Origin: Azolla caroliniana
Lineage: Eukaryota; Plantae; Polypodiophyta
Direction: 5' to 3'
Assembly: GCA_043228905.1 (NCBI GenBank)
Contig: JBHGNT010000006.1
Span: 21,204,001 to 21,268,000 of the forward strand
DNA: 64,000 nt
The position numbers and the translations under genes are program-made. Of this stretch, positions 1 through 12,528 are shown piece after piece. Each line of letters begins with the position of its first letter. Within the stretch, counting starts at the first letter, position 1. Below the pieces are notes generated by a model. The model did no database searches. It was not told where the DNA came from and was given only the letters and a program-made list of their open reading frames with translations.

Positions 1-2975
1 GAATATGGTTTTGTAGTTAGGTGCAACATGTGTAGTATAATGTGTGAAGCGTGAGCCTCCACATTTGTCCCATGTTATGATACATTGGCGTTGCAAAAAT
101 GCATCATTTACAAAGGAATCTAATGATGCATCATGAAGCAAGTGTCTCACATCCCATCTACCAAACCATTTTTTTATATCTTGCATCCAACCGGAACACA
201 AAATTTTGCTTTTATGCGTCTTTTGGATCTTTTTGCTTGCTTCCCACGCAATTCTAGGAAGTCGATGTGAGGGACTTTTTTTAACCTTAAGCATGTATTC
301 AACAACCCTTTCCATGGCAATGATCTCAATGGGATGCGATCCCGTCTCAAGGAGGAGGAGGGTATAGGGCGTTTGTTTCTTAACTTGTAGAAACTTGGTA
401 AGAAAATGCTTTTGGACATTTTCAAACTCTTTCCACATAGATTTCGGGATACTACCGCCCCATACTTCCACCCCATAGAGAAGAACCGGTGTCACCAAAG
501 TGTCGAAAAGATATTTCTTGAGGACCCAACACTTAATATCTCCAAGATTGCATGTGTTCTCAAATGCATAGTATGCTCGCTTGCCCGCCTCTAAGCGGCG
601 TGTAGCACATTCATTCCATCTATGATTTGAAGGAACTTCAAAGCTAAGATATTTGAAGCTTTCCACACATTCAAGTGGCTCATTGTTGTACATAATGCAT
701 GGTTTATCTCTTTTTTGGCTCTTCACAAGCATAATCTTTGTTTTAGAGCTATTGACACTTAATTTAGTATGCATGCAAAATTTTTCCAATGCCTTCATAA
801 GCTTTTGTGCATCTCCTAAAGTATTTGCAAAAAGCACTACATCATCTGCATATAGCAAAAGCATAATTACAACATTCCCAATGGCAACTTCTTCAACACA
901 TTCTTCCTCTGCAAACTTGGTAACCATTTCTTCCAATTCATCAATGCATAGAACAAATAGTGTTGTTGAGAGTGGGCATCCTTGCTTAACACCAATAGTG
1001 CTTTTGAAAAAATCTGAAAGTTTATCTCTCATGCGCACACAACATATAACCTTCTCATAAATTCGGGAAATTGCAAGCATATATTCACTTGGCACCTCAA
1101 GTTCTTCCATTCGCCTCCAAAGATGCTCACGAGGTACCATATCAAAAGCTTTCTTGAAGTCTACAAAGCAACAATATAAACCTTTACCTCTAAGGCGACT
1201 TTCCTCCATTAATACTCGAAGGGTGATAAGGTGATCAATGGTGCTATGGTGTTTCCGAAAGCCAACTTGTCCATAAGCTCTCTTACCACTTTTTTCAGCC
1301 CATACACTTATCTTTGATTCCATTATACATCCAAATAGTTTTGTCATTAATGAGCCACCACGATGGTTCGAAAGTTGTTTACATTATTTATATCTCCACC
1401 TTTATGTAAAGGTTTGATCCAATTTGTAGTCCAATCGTACGGCATACCATGTTGCAATGCATCATTAAACATATCGCTTATCCATATATGTGCTTCCTTT
1501 CCCGTCCATTTGAGCATTTCAGCCTTTATACATTGAAGATCACTTGCCTTTCAAGAGGCCAATTTCTTAAGTCCTATGCATATATCTTCAATTGTAAAGA
1601 AGGGAGGCATATGTGAAAAAGAACCATAACACATCATCTCTCCGGCAAGAGATAACTCACATAAATTCTTACAATGCATAGACAAGTCGTGAAGAATTAA
1701 GTCACCATAACTCTCAACATGTTTTCCCTTTAGATTTCCCCAAATTTTAGCACATGCATGTGCTTTCTCTTGCGTTTGGATAAATTGTTGAGTAACTTCC
1801 CATATTCTTCTCTTTCTTTGAATAATCCTTTTATACTCATGCAAATGCTTTTGGTAATTCTCTTTATCCTTAACTACATCCAAAACCATAAGGCACTTTC
1901 GAGCTTCACGACATTCTTTATCAAACCATTTTTTCCTAAGTTTCTTGGTGCACTTCCAAGATGTGCGGTTGGTCGAAAAACATTTGTTTGTACATGAGAG
2001 AATGACTTTCTTGAAAGCTTCCCATTTGCATTCTAGTGTGGCACCATGTTGTATCTTTGTCATTTGTAACATATCCTCAACCATCTTGGAATACATGGGT
2101 GCTCGCTTAAGGTTCATGCTCAAGTGCGGTTGTTTATTATCTTCAATAGCCTTCTCACAATCAAACATATGCATACATTTGAGATCAATACATACAGGCC
2201 TATGATCGGATTCCAGTGTCCATTCACCAAGTGAGAATTTATGTATACAATCCAAAATACCTTCGGAAAGTAGCACATAGTCAAACACACTATTTCCGTT
2301 GTGTTTTCTACATGTAAAACCATTCGTGTTGGGCCATAAGGAAATACCGTTTGCAATAAGCAATCCGGTACTATTGCACATTTGTAGGAGTAACTTCCCA
2401 ATTTGGTCCGGATCTTTTTCATCGCTAGAAGAGCGGTTATACATTTGCATATCCTCTTGCATCCTTGAGATATGTGGCATGAAAGATTCTTGTGAATCAA
2501 GTTGGAAACTTCTTGTACGAGCATTCATGTCACCAAAGACAATAACTTCCCCTTTGGATTTGAAATAAGCAATATCATCTTCTAGATTGACAAACGATTG
2601 ATCTTTATCCAAACAAGCATAAAAGTTAGAATCTTGATGAGGAATGTAACATCCAAATACAAAAGTGGGCAAACCATTAGGTGTTTCTATTTTGAGCCAT
2701 ATGTAGCATTTATTTTCATCATTTTTTATGATTGACACATATTTCTCTATTTTCTTCTTAATCAAACATGCCACCCCTCCTTGTCCTCTTCTTTGTCTTG
2801 GATTTTTCTTCCATATCAAAGAGTGTACATTATAGTTTCCTTTGAGTATCATGCTCCCACGTTTCAACAAGAAGTGTGATATCCGAGTCATCGGTGAACT
2901 CCTCTATGCCAAATCTCGCATTCCATGGGTATCCATTGCAATTCCAAAAGCATAGTCGTAAAAGGCGTGGGTTAG
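1..2975 (-). pseudogene. LINE ORF2 (APE endonuclease + reverse transcriptase), disrupted; runs off the window start
   Basis: APE motifs FWNCNG..LLVETW (~2960-2850, frameshifted), VFGDMNART, SVFDYVL and ESDHRPV. RT motifs CFVDFKKAFD (~1170-1140), GVKQGCPLS (~995-970) and LLYADD (~860-842). Contains stops and frameshifts. Confidence 0.9.
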
Positions 2976-2994
2976 TCTCATAGATCACATGTCC

Positions 2995-3864
2995 CTATTT
3001 GCCTACATTTCCATCTTTAGGCACATCCTTAACCTTGTTTTTCAATCTTTCTTCATATGCTTTACGACGAGCATTTTGTTGTGAGATAGTACGATCTTCA
3101 CTCACAAAGCATTGTGTACCTTTGAGGTATACCCAACTATTTTCGAGTATGATCCGCCACTTTGTATCATCTGTCATTGTGCATACAATAGGCCTTTCTC
3201 CGGAGCGAGTAACACCATGTTTCCCAACTCGGTGTGCTCCATATACATTCACATCTGACATCCCATAATGCATTCTAAAAAATTCACCAATGGTCTTTCC
3301 AAGGGATGCAGGTGTTTCCATACCCTCTTCTTTAATCCCACGGACGACAATGTTCTTTGATCGTCGTTCACGTTCTTTCAATTCTCGGACATCTATGCTT
3401 TCTATATTCTTCTCTTGATGCATCACATGCATATTAGATGAGTTTGATAGCACATCCCCACCACATACATCGGCCCATGACTTCGTTGTACATACATTTT
3501 TCATCTCACTTACATCCTGCCTCATCGTGTCCAATTTTTCTTCTTTTAATGCTTCCTTTAACTCAATCTATTTAAGGCGCTCATTTGTTTCAAAATAAGC
3601 TCTTTTACATTCTTGAATCTCTTCTTGAAGTTTTGCAACCACTTGTTTAAGCCTTTCATTCTCAATGACAACACTTTGGAGCTTAGTATTCTCTTTCATT
3701 AATGTCCTAATCTCTTCACCTTGCTTGTTTATGGTTTCTTGAAGAGAAATCAAGTGACTCATAAGCATTTTGTCCATTGCATTAGAATCGAGATTTGTTG
3801 GTGATCTCGGCTCATTATCAATCATACCCCCGAACTTTGCGGCGGTTTTACGAGTATTTGTCAT
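2995..3864 (-). pseudogene. LINE ORF1 (coiled coil + L1/CR1-type RNA-binding domain), split by a stop
   Basis: ORF 3864-3568 is a heptad-rich coiled coil. ORF 3534-2995 has RRSKNIVVRGIKE..GAHRVG..RPIVC..LKGTQCFVSEDRT. Both lie directly upstream of ORF2. Confidence 0.8.
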
Positions 3865-4127
3865 TGTAGGGACAAACCCTACGGGAAAAGAGAGACAGAG
3901 AGGGAAGGAGAGAGAATGTACCTTTCACTCGATTTAGGGCTTCAAAATCTACCTTCCGTTTGAGGAACCGTGGGGCAAAGATGGCTGTGGATGAAAATGC
4001 TCATAACTTCTCACCACAGTAACAGAATTTAGTAAATGAACATTCTTTAGAAAGCTCTCTCAAAGATCTTTCCAAAGAGCTATAGAACGTAGAAAATGAT
4101 GGCTGGAGTGAACTTACAGAGAGCTTT

Positions 4128-4165
4128 GAAAGAGAGAGAGAGAGACACACACACACACACACACA
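4128..4165. repeat. (GA)n(CA)n microsatellite
   Basis: Directly visible in the sequence. Confidence 0.9.
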
Positions 4166-4199
4166 AATGGATTTTATTATTATCTTAAGAGGTCAAATA

Positions 4200-5240
4200 T
4201 GACCTATGAGCCCAGAAATATTACATTTCATGTAATACATGTAAAAGTGAGTATCGACTTTAGTATGGTCAAGAACTTTACCAAAGAATGGTGCAACCGA
4301 GAGTGCACACTATGACTGTGAGAGAAATTTGTGCAAGGATTGCATTTGGTCAAAGATGTGTGGAAAGCATACTCAAATGTGATAAAAGGCAGAGCATTGT
4401 ATCAAAGTGTGATACTCAAACTCCTGAACTTGTTCCGAGCAAAGTGTGCATAGTCAACAATGCTCATCACATGTGCCCCAAAGCTCCATCTCACATTGTA
4501 GGTGCATGTGGAAATAATTGTTTGGATGGAAAATAATGGGATGTGCTCTAACATGTATTGATGTTTGCAGTTTCCCGTTCAACAAAGAATATGGTTTTGT
4601 CGTACAATGTGTGAAGCGTTAGCCTCTACATTTTTCCCATGTCATGATACATTGGCATTGCAAAAGGACACCATTTACAAAGGAATCTAGTGATGCATCA
4701 TGAAACAAGTGTATTGCATCTCATCCATCTTCTAAACCATTTGTCCATAACTCGCATCGAACCAGAACACAAAATTTTGCTTTTATGTGCCTTTTGTATA
4801 TTTTTGCTTGCAATTGATGTCAAAGAGAATCATAACACATTGTCTTTCTGGCAATTGATAACTCATATAAATTCTTATAATGCATAGACAAATCCAGAAA
4901 TGTTAAGTCACCATAAACATGTTTTCCCCTAATTTTAGCACATGCATGTACTTTTTTCTTGTGTTTGGAGAAATTGTTGAGTAACTTCCCATATTCTTCT
5001 CTTTCTTTAAAAGATTCTTTTGTACTCATGGAAATGTTTTTGTTGATTTTCCCTACTTCTGACTATATCTAAAATCATAAGACACTTTCAAGGGTTCTAT
5101 TTATACATTTGAGGTCAATACACAAAGTCATATTATTAGATTCTAGTGTCCATTCACCAAGTGAGAATTTGTGCATGTGATCCAAAATACCTTCGAAAAG
5201 TAGCGCATAGCCAACCATATTATTTCCATTGTGAGTGAGA
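4200..5240 (-). mobile_element. Second, internally deleted copy of the same LINE family, including the C-terminal Cys/His domain
   Basis: 4585-4810 matches 1-245, 4820-5070 matches ~1620-1880, and 5100-5230 matches ~2170-2300. 4490-4350 encodes WGTCDEHC*LCTLCSEQVQEFEYHTLIQCSAF. Confidence 0.8.
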
Positions 5241-5499
5241 GAGTTAGAACTCTTCAAATTGGAAAATACACAACTTATTAAGTGTATGTAAAACATAAAT
5301 ACTACAAAAGTACTTCTTCATATTGAACATTGTTCCCTTAATAGAATCCCCCCCTCTTCTCTTCCTTCATCATAATGTGATTCCTTCAACCATGACCTTG
5401 TCTAAATGCCATTATAATCATATTAGTTCAACAAGCTCAACAACAGATTAGATGGTGATATGGCAAATGTGTCTGTGTAGAAAATGTCAAATGAATACT

Positions 5500-5990
5500 T
5501 TTTCGTTTGGGTGAGATGATCTCTCGTAGTGGCGTGGTAGGACTAGACTCATCATATGATCATTGATGACCTCTTCTAGAATGGAGGGGTTTCGGACAAT
5601 TGTTGATCGGGTTTGAAGCGTAGGATCATCTTTTTGCCAAGTAGTTGATTATGTGTGTTGAGTTGGGCCATCGACAAAAGTAGTTGGATTGGAAAAAGTT
5701 ACCTGTAAGAGTTTAATTAAGCATTCAACTATTGTAAGCATGTTGACTTGTTAAATACAATGTTTGAACTTTGAACAATTTCCCTTGTCTTAGGGTCACG
5801 TAATCTATTGCCAAAGTTTCCATTAGAGCCAAAGCCAAGAAAGATGCACATGTGTGACTGAGACTCCAACTTTCTTCTCATATCCTTGGGAGCGAGCGCA
5901 AATGCACATCCAACGATTGGCAACTTGCCATAGCCAAGAAAAGTTCCATTCCAGAGCTCTTAAAGAACCTTAATGATTAGAGGCCTACTA
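5500..5990 (-). mobile_element. Old Ty1/copia remnant (integrase C-terminal part); left half of the element split by Copia A
   Basis: RRKLESQSHMCIFLGFG..RLRDPKTREIVQSSNIVF. Reading continues across the Copia A insertion (INMLP|SRPL). Confidence 0.75.
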
Positions 5991-6850
5991 GGCAATGAAG
6001 GCAGCATGAGGATTAGGGTTTAGGTTAACCAGAGAGGGAGAGAGTCTGAGTGAGAGACAAAGGGAGAGAGAGAGAGAGAGAGATGCACGCAGTCTTGGGT
6101 ACAAAGAGTGTACCACTTTTTTGGTTTTTAGATATAATTATGTATATACAAGTAAAAAATGTGCTACGAGTGTGTTCACACTCATGCACTAATAAAAGGC
6201 ACAATGGCCCTTTATTCCCAACAACCTCCCACCTAAAGGCAATGTGTCGTGATAGTAACCCAGAAGTAGACTTTCTGCAGTCCGCGTGACTAACATAGTC
6301 CGCATCTGTAAAACCAATGACAAATGCCTTTTGCTATCCAAAGCAAATGCACAAGTCCTTTGTGCCTTTGAGATATCTCATAATGCCTTTCACCGCTTCC
6401 CAATGCTTTTTGTTGTGATTTTCCATGTACCTACTAACCACTCCCACTTCAAAAGCAATATCAGGGCGTGTAGTAACCATCACATATATCAAACTGCCAA
6501 CGGCTAAAGCATATGGAACCTTAGCCATTTCAGCCTTCTCATCATCAGATGTAGGGTTGTCTTCTACACTGAGTTTCAAATATGGAGGTAATGGAACCCC
6601 AATTGTTTTCCCCGCCGCCATATTGAAACGATGCAAAACCATAGAGATATACTCCTGCTGAGATAGAAAGAGTACCCCTTTCGACCAATTTCGGAGTATT
6701 CGCATGCCAAGGATGTGATTTGCATCACCAAGATCCTTCATATCAAAGCTGCCATGAAGGTTTTGCTTCAATGAATCCAAGGCATGAACATCCTTGCCAG
6801 CAATCAACATATCATCAACATACAAAACCAAGATAATCGGGCTTCCATCC

Positions 6851-9800
6851 TGTTCAGAGACAAGCTCAACATCAGCCGGTTCGGCTGAAGAAGCCGAGGA
6901 CCAGATCGGTTGGGACCGATCGGTTAGGCCGAGTGCGTAAACCGGGAGGTCGTTAGGAAAGATATTCCGTGAGGAATATATTTGGGAGTTAGTGTAGGAG
7001 CTCTTGATGAGCATTGAAGTACTGTCAGTACTTCGGTCAGTTCTTCTAGGGCTTGTATAAAAGTGTTCACTGAGCACGTCTTATGTACAGACTGAGTATT
7101 ATTGTTGAACATAGTTTTTTGTGTCTTCTCTCTCACTCTGTCTCTCCCGCGTATACCGTGTAAGCTCAAGCTCTCCATTAAACCTGAGTTTCCTTCCTTC
7201 TGTTCGGTCTTCATACTTGCTTTTGCACGTTACTTTCTACATGGTATCAGAGCGCGAGGGTTGAGAACCTCTCTGCAGTCGACACAGCTTGACGAAGAAG
7301 AACGATGGATAGAGGCATGGCAAGCTCGCTTCCAACAGAGAAGCTCGACAGAACCAACTACGCGTCTTGGTCCTACAAGATGCACTAGTACCTGCTCAGA
7401 CACGGCTACTGGAGTTATGTTGAAGGAGCTAATGACGCGGCACCCGAATCGACACACAAAGACTTCCTGTCGTGGGAGCAATCGGCGAGTAGGGTATTAT
7501 ACTGCTTCGCGTCGTGTATGGGCGAACAGCTATTGAGCTATGTTCAGGATGCAAAGACGTCGAAGGGTGCGTGGGAAAATCTGAAGAAGATTTTCGCCGC
7601 GAGCACCACAGCCAGGAAGCTTCAGCTCCGACAGGAGTTGAGCAACCTACGACAACGCGACTTGTCGGTGGCGGACTACACCTCGAAGATCAAGGATATC
7701 TGCGACTCCCTCGCCTCCATAGAGGTGAACATCGAGGAGAGCGAGATGGTCTAGATCTGTCTCGGAGGTTTGGCGTCGAAGTTCAGAGCGTTCCGAACGG
7801 TTGTGTGTACCCGGGAGAATACGTCGACCTTTTTCGACTTACAGTCGATGCTCCTGGTAGAGGTGAACCACGTGGGTGCGTCGACGAGCACGCACACCGA
7901 CAACAAGATGTTGTACACGGAGGGAGAAAGGCCCCGTGGTCGTGGCGGACGAGGCGAGTCGGTACGCAATGGAAGCGGCCGACGAAATCAAGGAAGAAGG
8001 CACCGAAGTGATGCCGACAGCAACTCCGGACCCTCCTGAAACAGGGGGAGTCGAAGCGATGAGAACCGGCAAGGGAAGGCCATCGCAGAGTGCTGGTATT
8101 GTGGCAAGAAAGGCCACAGGGAAAGTGAGTGCTGGAAGAAGTGCACCGATTCGAAGAGAACTGGTTCCGGAAACGGCTCCGGACATACCGACAAGGGAAA
8201 TCGGCAGCGATCGCACTACGCCGAAGACTCCGGGAGAGCCGGAGAAGGGTATGTCTTCGTGACGAGACACAAAACAAACTCAATGAAACAAACCACCCCG
8301 AGATCGGACGAGGTGTGGTACGTAGACTCTGGCACGTCAAACCACATGACGAGCTATAAGGAGTGGTTCTCGTACCTTGAAAAACCGATACAACCTGGAG
8401 TAGTCGCAACAGGAGACGACACTCCGCATCCGATCGCGAATGTCGGAGAAGTTCCCCTTAGCCATGTCGGGCAAAAAGGGAAACTCATGAATGTGCTGCA
8501 CGTTCCGACAATCACGAAAAACCTGGTCTCAGTCGGACAGATCGTTGACCAAGGGATGGAGGTTCGGTTTACACACCTCGGGTGCTTCATTGAGGAAGAA
8601 GGCCATGTGATTGCGCAAGGGCGCAGAGATGGGACGATGTTCATCCTCGACTCCACTGACGGCGCCACCACAATGTTCGCGAAGGGACAAAAAGCCGAGT
8701 CGGACATTGACTTGTGGCACAAGCGGATAGGCCACGTCAACCACCAGCGGCTTCAAGATCTGCAAACGAAACAGGTAGTATTCGGATTGCCCAAATTTAG
8801 TGGCCGAAAGGCACAAATTTGTGAAGCCTGCCAGCTCGGGAAGCAACACTGACTTCCCTTCCCCAACGAGCGAAACCGGAGCCGGAACAAGCTTGACCTT
8901 ATACACTCCAATGTGTGGGGGCCGGCACAAAACGTTAGTCTTGGTGGGAGCCGATATTTCGTCTCCTTCATCGACGACCACACGCGGCACACGTGGATCT
9001 ACCTCATTGAGAGGAAGAGTGAAGTCTTCGACTGTTTCCGGGACCTCAAAGGGTTCGTGGAAACCGAAACGGGACGAAAGATCAAGTGCCTGCGGTCGGA
9101 TGGCGGGAAAGAGTACTTTTCCGGTCAATTCAACGGTTACCTACAACAAATGGGAATTCGCCATGAATTCAGTTGTAGATACACGCCGGAGCAGAACGGC
9201 GTGGCCGAGAGAAAGAATCGGTCGATTGTGGAAGCAGCACGGGCAATGCTGGAGGAGAAGAGCTTGCCCAAGTTCTACTGGGCCGAGGCGGTAAGGACCG
9301 CGGTATACATCCAAAACCGGATTGGAGACAAAGTGTCAGCGCACGAGCTATATTTCGGAACGAAGCCGAACTTACGACACTTGAGGGTGTTCGGTAGCAT
9401 TGCGTATGTGCATGTACCGAAGGAGAAAAGAAGGAAGCTGGACGCAAAGGCCGAGAAATGCATCTTGGTCGGTTACTCGGAGGAGCAGAAGGGTTATAAG
9501 TGCTATAACCCTCGCACCAAACAAGCGCGTGTTAGCCGCGACGTTGTGGTTGACAAGTCCGCGTCCTGGTACAAGCCCCCGACTCCGAACCCCGAGTCCA
9601 ATCCGTGTTCTGACGATGAGGTCAGCGAGGCCGAGATGCCTCCGGATGAGCCCGAAATCGAGACCCGCGAAGAGAGTCCGATTTCACTCTGCTTAAGTGG
9701 ACCGATTGGTCGACTGAGTTGATACGATCAGTCTGATAAAGAGCCGGCGAGTACTGGAGACTCGGTCGTGCATTCCCCGCGCAGGAAGCCGAGGAGACGG

Positions 9801-12528
9801 CTTACGCGCACGCAGAAAGGGAAGAAGAAGGTGTCGGATTCCGGCACGAATAAGAACGAGTCAGACCGACGCGAGTCCGACTCCGAGGGAACCGGTGACG
9901 GGACTTTAAAGGTGAAGTCCGCGTCGACCGAGAAGGCCTCGACATCGGCTAATGTGAGATTACGCCGATCTACCCGCCAGAAGAATCCTGTTTTGCGGTT
10001 CGGATACAACGAGTACATGGCGCATCATTATGCATACATGACCCGTGTAGCGGAAGTGCGTGAGCCGGAGAGCTACGTAGAAGCGGCTAAAGACGCGAAT
10101 TGGCGTGCCACGATGGAGGAAGAGATGCACGCATTGGCGGAGAACGAGACCTGGGACCTGGTTGAGGCACCGAAAGGGGTAAAACCGATCGGGTGTAGGT
10201 GGGTGTACAAGGTCAAGTACAACACCGATGGCTCGGTCAACCGGTACAAGGCTCGGCTAGTGGCAAAGGGCTACGCGCAAAAACACGGCATCGACTACGA
10301 TGAGACGTTTGCGCCGGTCGCGAAAATGACGACCGTCCATGTTCTGCTCGCAGTAGCCGCGGCCAAGGGGTGGCACTTACATCAGATGGATGTAAAGAAT
10401 GTGTTCCTGCAAGGTGACCTTGAGGAACAGGTGTACATGGTACAGCCCCCCGGATTTCACTCTAGAACGAACTCCTCGGCAGTATGCCGACTAAAGAAGT
10501 CCCTTTACGGACTGAAGCAAGCCCAGCGTGCTTAGAACGCAAAGATCACGCAACAACTGCGTCGGATGGGCTTCGTCACGTCAAAATCGGACTCTTCCCT
10601 CTTCATCCGGAAAGGTCGACTCGGACCGGTTAGTATTTTACTATATGTTGATGACTTGGTCATCACCGGCGCCGACCTAGGTGAAATCGACCGCGTGAAG
10701 CTCCAGCTTGCGGCATCGTTCGACATGAAGGATCTGGGGGACCTTCATTACTTCCTCGGGATCGAAGTGATCCATACCCTCGAAGGCATATTGATCAGCC
10801 AACGTCATTACATGTTGGGTATGCTCTTCAAACTTGGGATGGCCGACTGTAAGTCCGTCTCGACTCCTCTGGACAGAACCATCAAGCTTCGTCCCGATAC
10901 GGGAAAGGTATGCGACCCGACGAGGTTCTGACAAATTGTCGGAAGCCTCATATACTTGACCATCACCCGACCCGACCTCAGTTATCCGGTCGGGGTGATC
11001 AATCAGTTCATGGCGCGACCTACCGAGGAGCACCTTCAGTGTGTGCAACGCATACTTCGGTATGTCAACGGCACTAAGGACCGGGGACTGCTATATCGGA
11101 CCGGTGCAGCCGCGCAGTTAGTCGACTACACTGATGTTGATTGGGCTGGCAACGCCACTGATCGCCGATCCACGTCCGGATACGCGTTCTCCCTCGGGAG
11201 TGCCGCGATCGCGTGGAGCAGTAAGAAGTAGCCGACAGTTGCACTGTCGAGCACCGAAGCTGAATACCGAGGAGCGGTTATCGCGACATGCGAAGCCATA
11301 TGATTGAAGCGGCTACTTAAGGACCTGCAGGTGGAGGTGTCAGATCCGACGACGATCTACTGCGACAACCTCAGCAGCATCCAGCTCGCAAAGAAACCCG
11401 TTTTCCATGCACGGACCAAGCACATTGAGGTGCACTACCATTTCGTCCGTGAGCGTGTCCTTTCCGGTGAAGTCGAACTTCAGTACGTTCCGACGGATCG
11501 GCAAACTGCCAACATCTTCACCAAGCCTCTTGGTCTGGACAAGTTGCGGCAATTCTCAGGTGCGCTCGGGTTGCGTCACCTCGATGTGCCGAACTTGAGG
11601 GGGAGAACAGTCCCGAACGACCAAGCAAGGCAGCAGGAAAGGAGCGGAGACCGTGACACCGAGTCCGAGTCGATAGACTCGGTTGTCGAGTTCGAGTTCG
11701 GATCGGCTGAAGAAGCCGAGGGTGGACCCACGGAAAAGTCCGAAAGCGGACAGAAGGGGAGCAGCCGAAGGAGAGAGCCGATGCCAACCACGCATGGGGG
11801 AGATGACGCAATCGAGGACGAGAAGACCGAAGATGAGTTGGAGACAGCCAACTCGGACGAGAGCGAAAACCGATCGGAAGTAGCCGAGTCGGTTCGGATG
11901 TTTGATTCAGACACATTGAATCAATAGAGGCCCAAGCGGAAGAAAAGGCAGCAGGAGAGGCGTCAACACCGCAACAGCAGGAGAGCTAAGGGCCGCATGA
12001 GCAGACAAGCCAACCGGAAGGGTCGAAGCGCGCGGAGTCGAACAGGTCGAGGAGCGCGAGCGAGGCGTGAAGCCAGGAGGAATTGGAGCTGTGTGCCCGA
12101 GGATCCCGAAGAGCCTCAAGTTGAGCTTGAGGGGGAGTGTTGAGAGACAAGCTCAACATCGGCCGGTTCGGCTGAAGAAGCCGAGGACCAGATCGGTTGG
12201 GACCGATCGGTTAGGCCGAGTGCGTAAACCGGGAGGTCGTTAGGAAAGATATTCCGTGAGGAATATATTTGGGAGTTAGTGTAGGAGCTCTTGATGAGCA
12301 TTGAAGTACTGTCAGTACTTCGGTTAGTCCTTCTAGGGCTTGTATAAAAGTGTTCACTGAGCACGTCTTATGTACAGACTGAGTATTATTGTTGAACATA
12401 GTTTTTTATGTCTTCTCTCTCACTCTGTCTCTCCCGCGTATACCGTGTAAGCTCAAGCTCTCCATTAAACCTAAGTTTCCTTCCTTTTGTTCGGTCTTCA
12501 TACTTGCTTCCGCACGTTACTTTCTACA
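6851..12528 (+). mobile_element. Copia B: full-length Ty1/copia inserted into the RT of Copia A
   Basis: 391-bp LTRs at 6851-7241 and 12138-12528 (about 9 mismatches by eye). TSD CATCC at 6846-6850 and 12529-12533. PBS TGGTATCAGAGC at 7242-7253. PPT GAGGGGGAG at 12129-12137. Confidence 0.97.
7317..11927 (+). pseudogene. Copia B gag-pol polyprotein: single frame, nine in-frame stops, acidic C-terminal tail
   Basis: MASSLPTEKLDRTNY start; CWYCGKKGHRESEC knuckle; WYVDSGTSNH protease; GAG-pre-integrase and rve domains; RT LYVDDL; RNase H FHARTKHIEVHYHFVRE. All ORF fragments share one frame. Confidence 0.93.

Noticed and set aside
3880-3921. Intron in the LINE 5' UTR (GT..AG on the minus strand)
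   Set aside because: Only ~42 nt, below typical plant intron size, with no transcript support.
6334-7077. 247-aa ORF as a novel fusion gene
   Set aside because: A chance read-through from the antisense Copia B LTR into the interrupted RT of Copia A.
7783-11916. Many antisense/overlapping ORFs within Copia B and other GC-rich TEs
   Set aside because: Shadow ORFs of GC-rich coding sequence with no recognisable domains.
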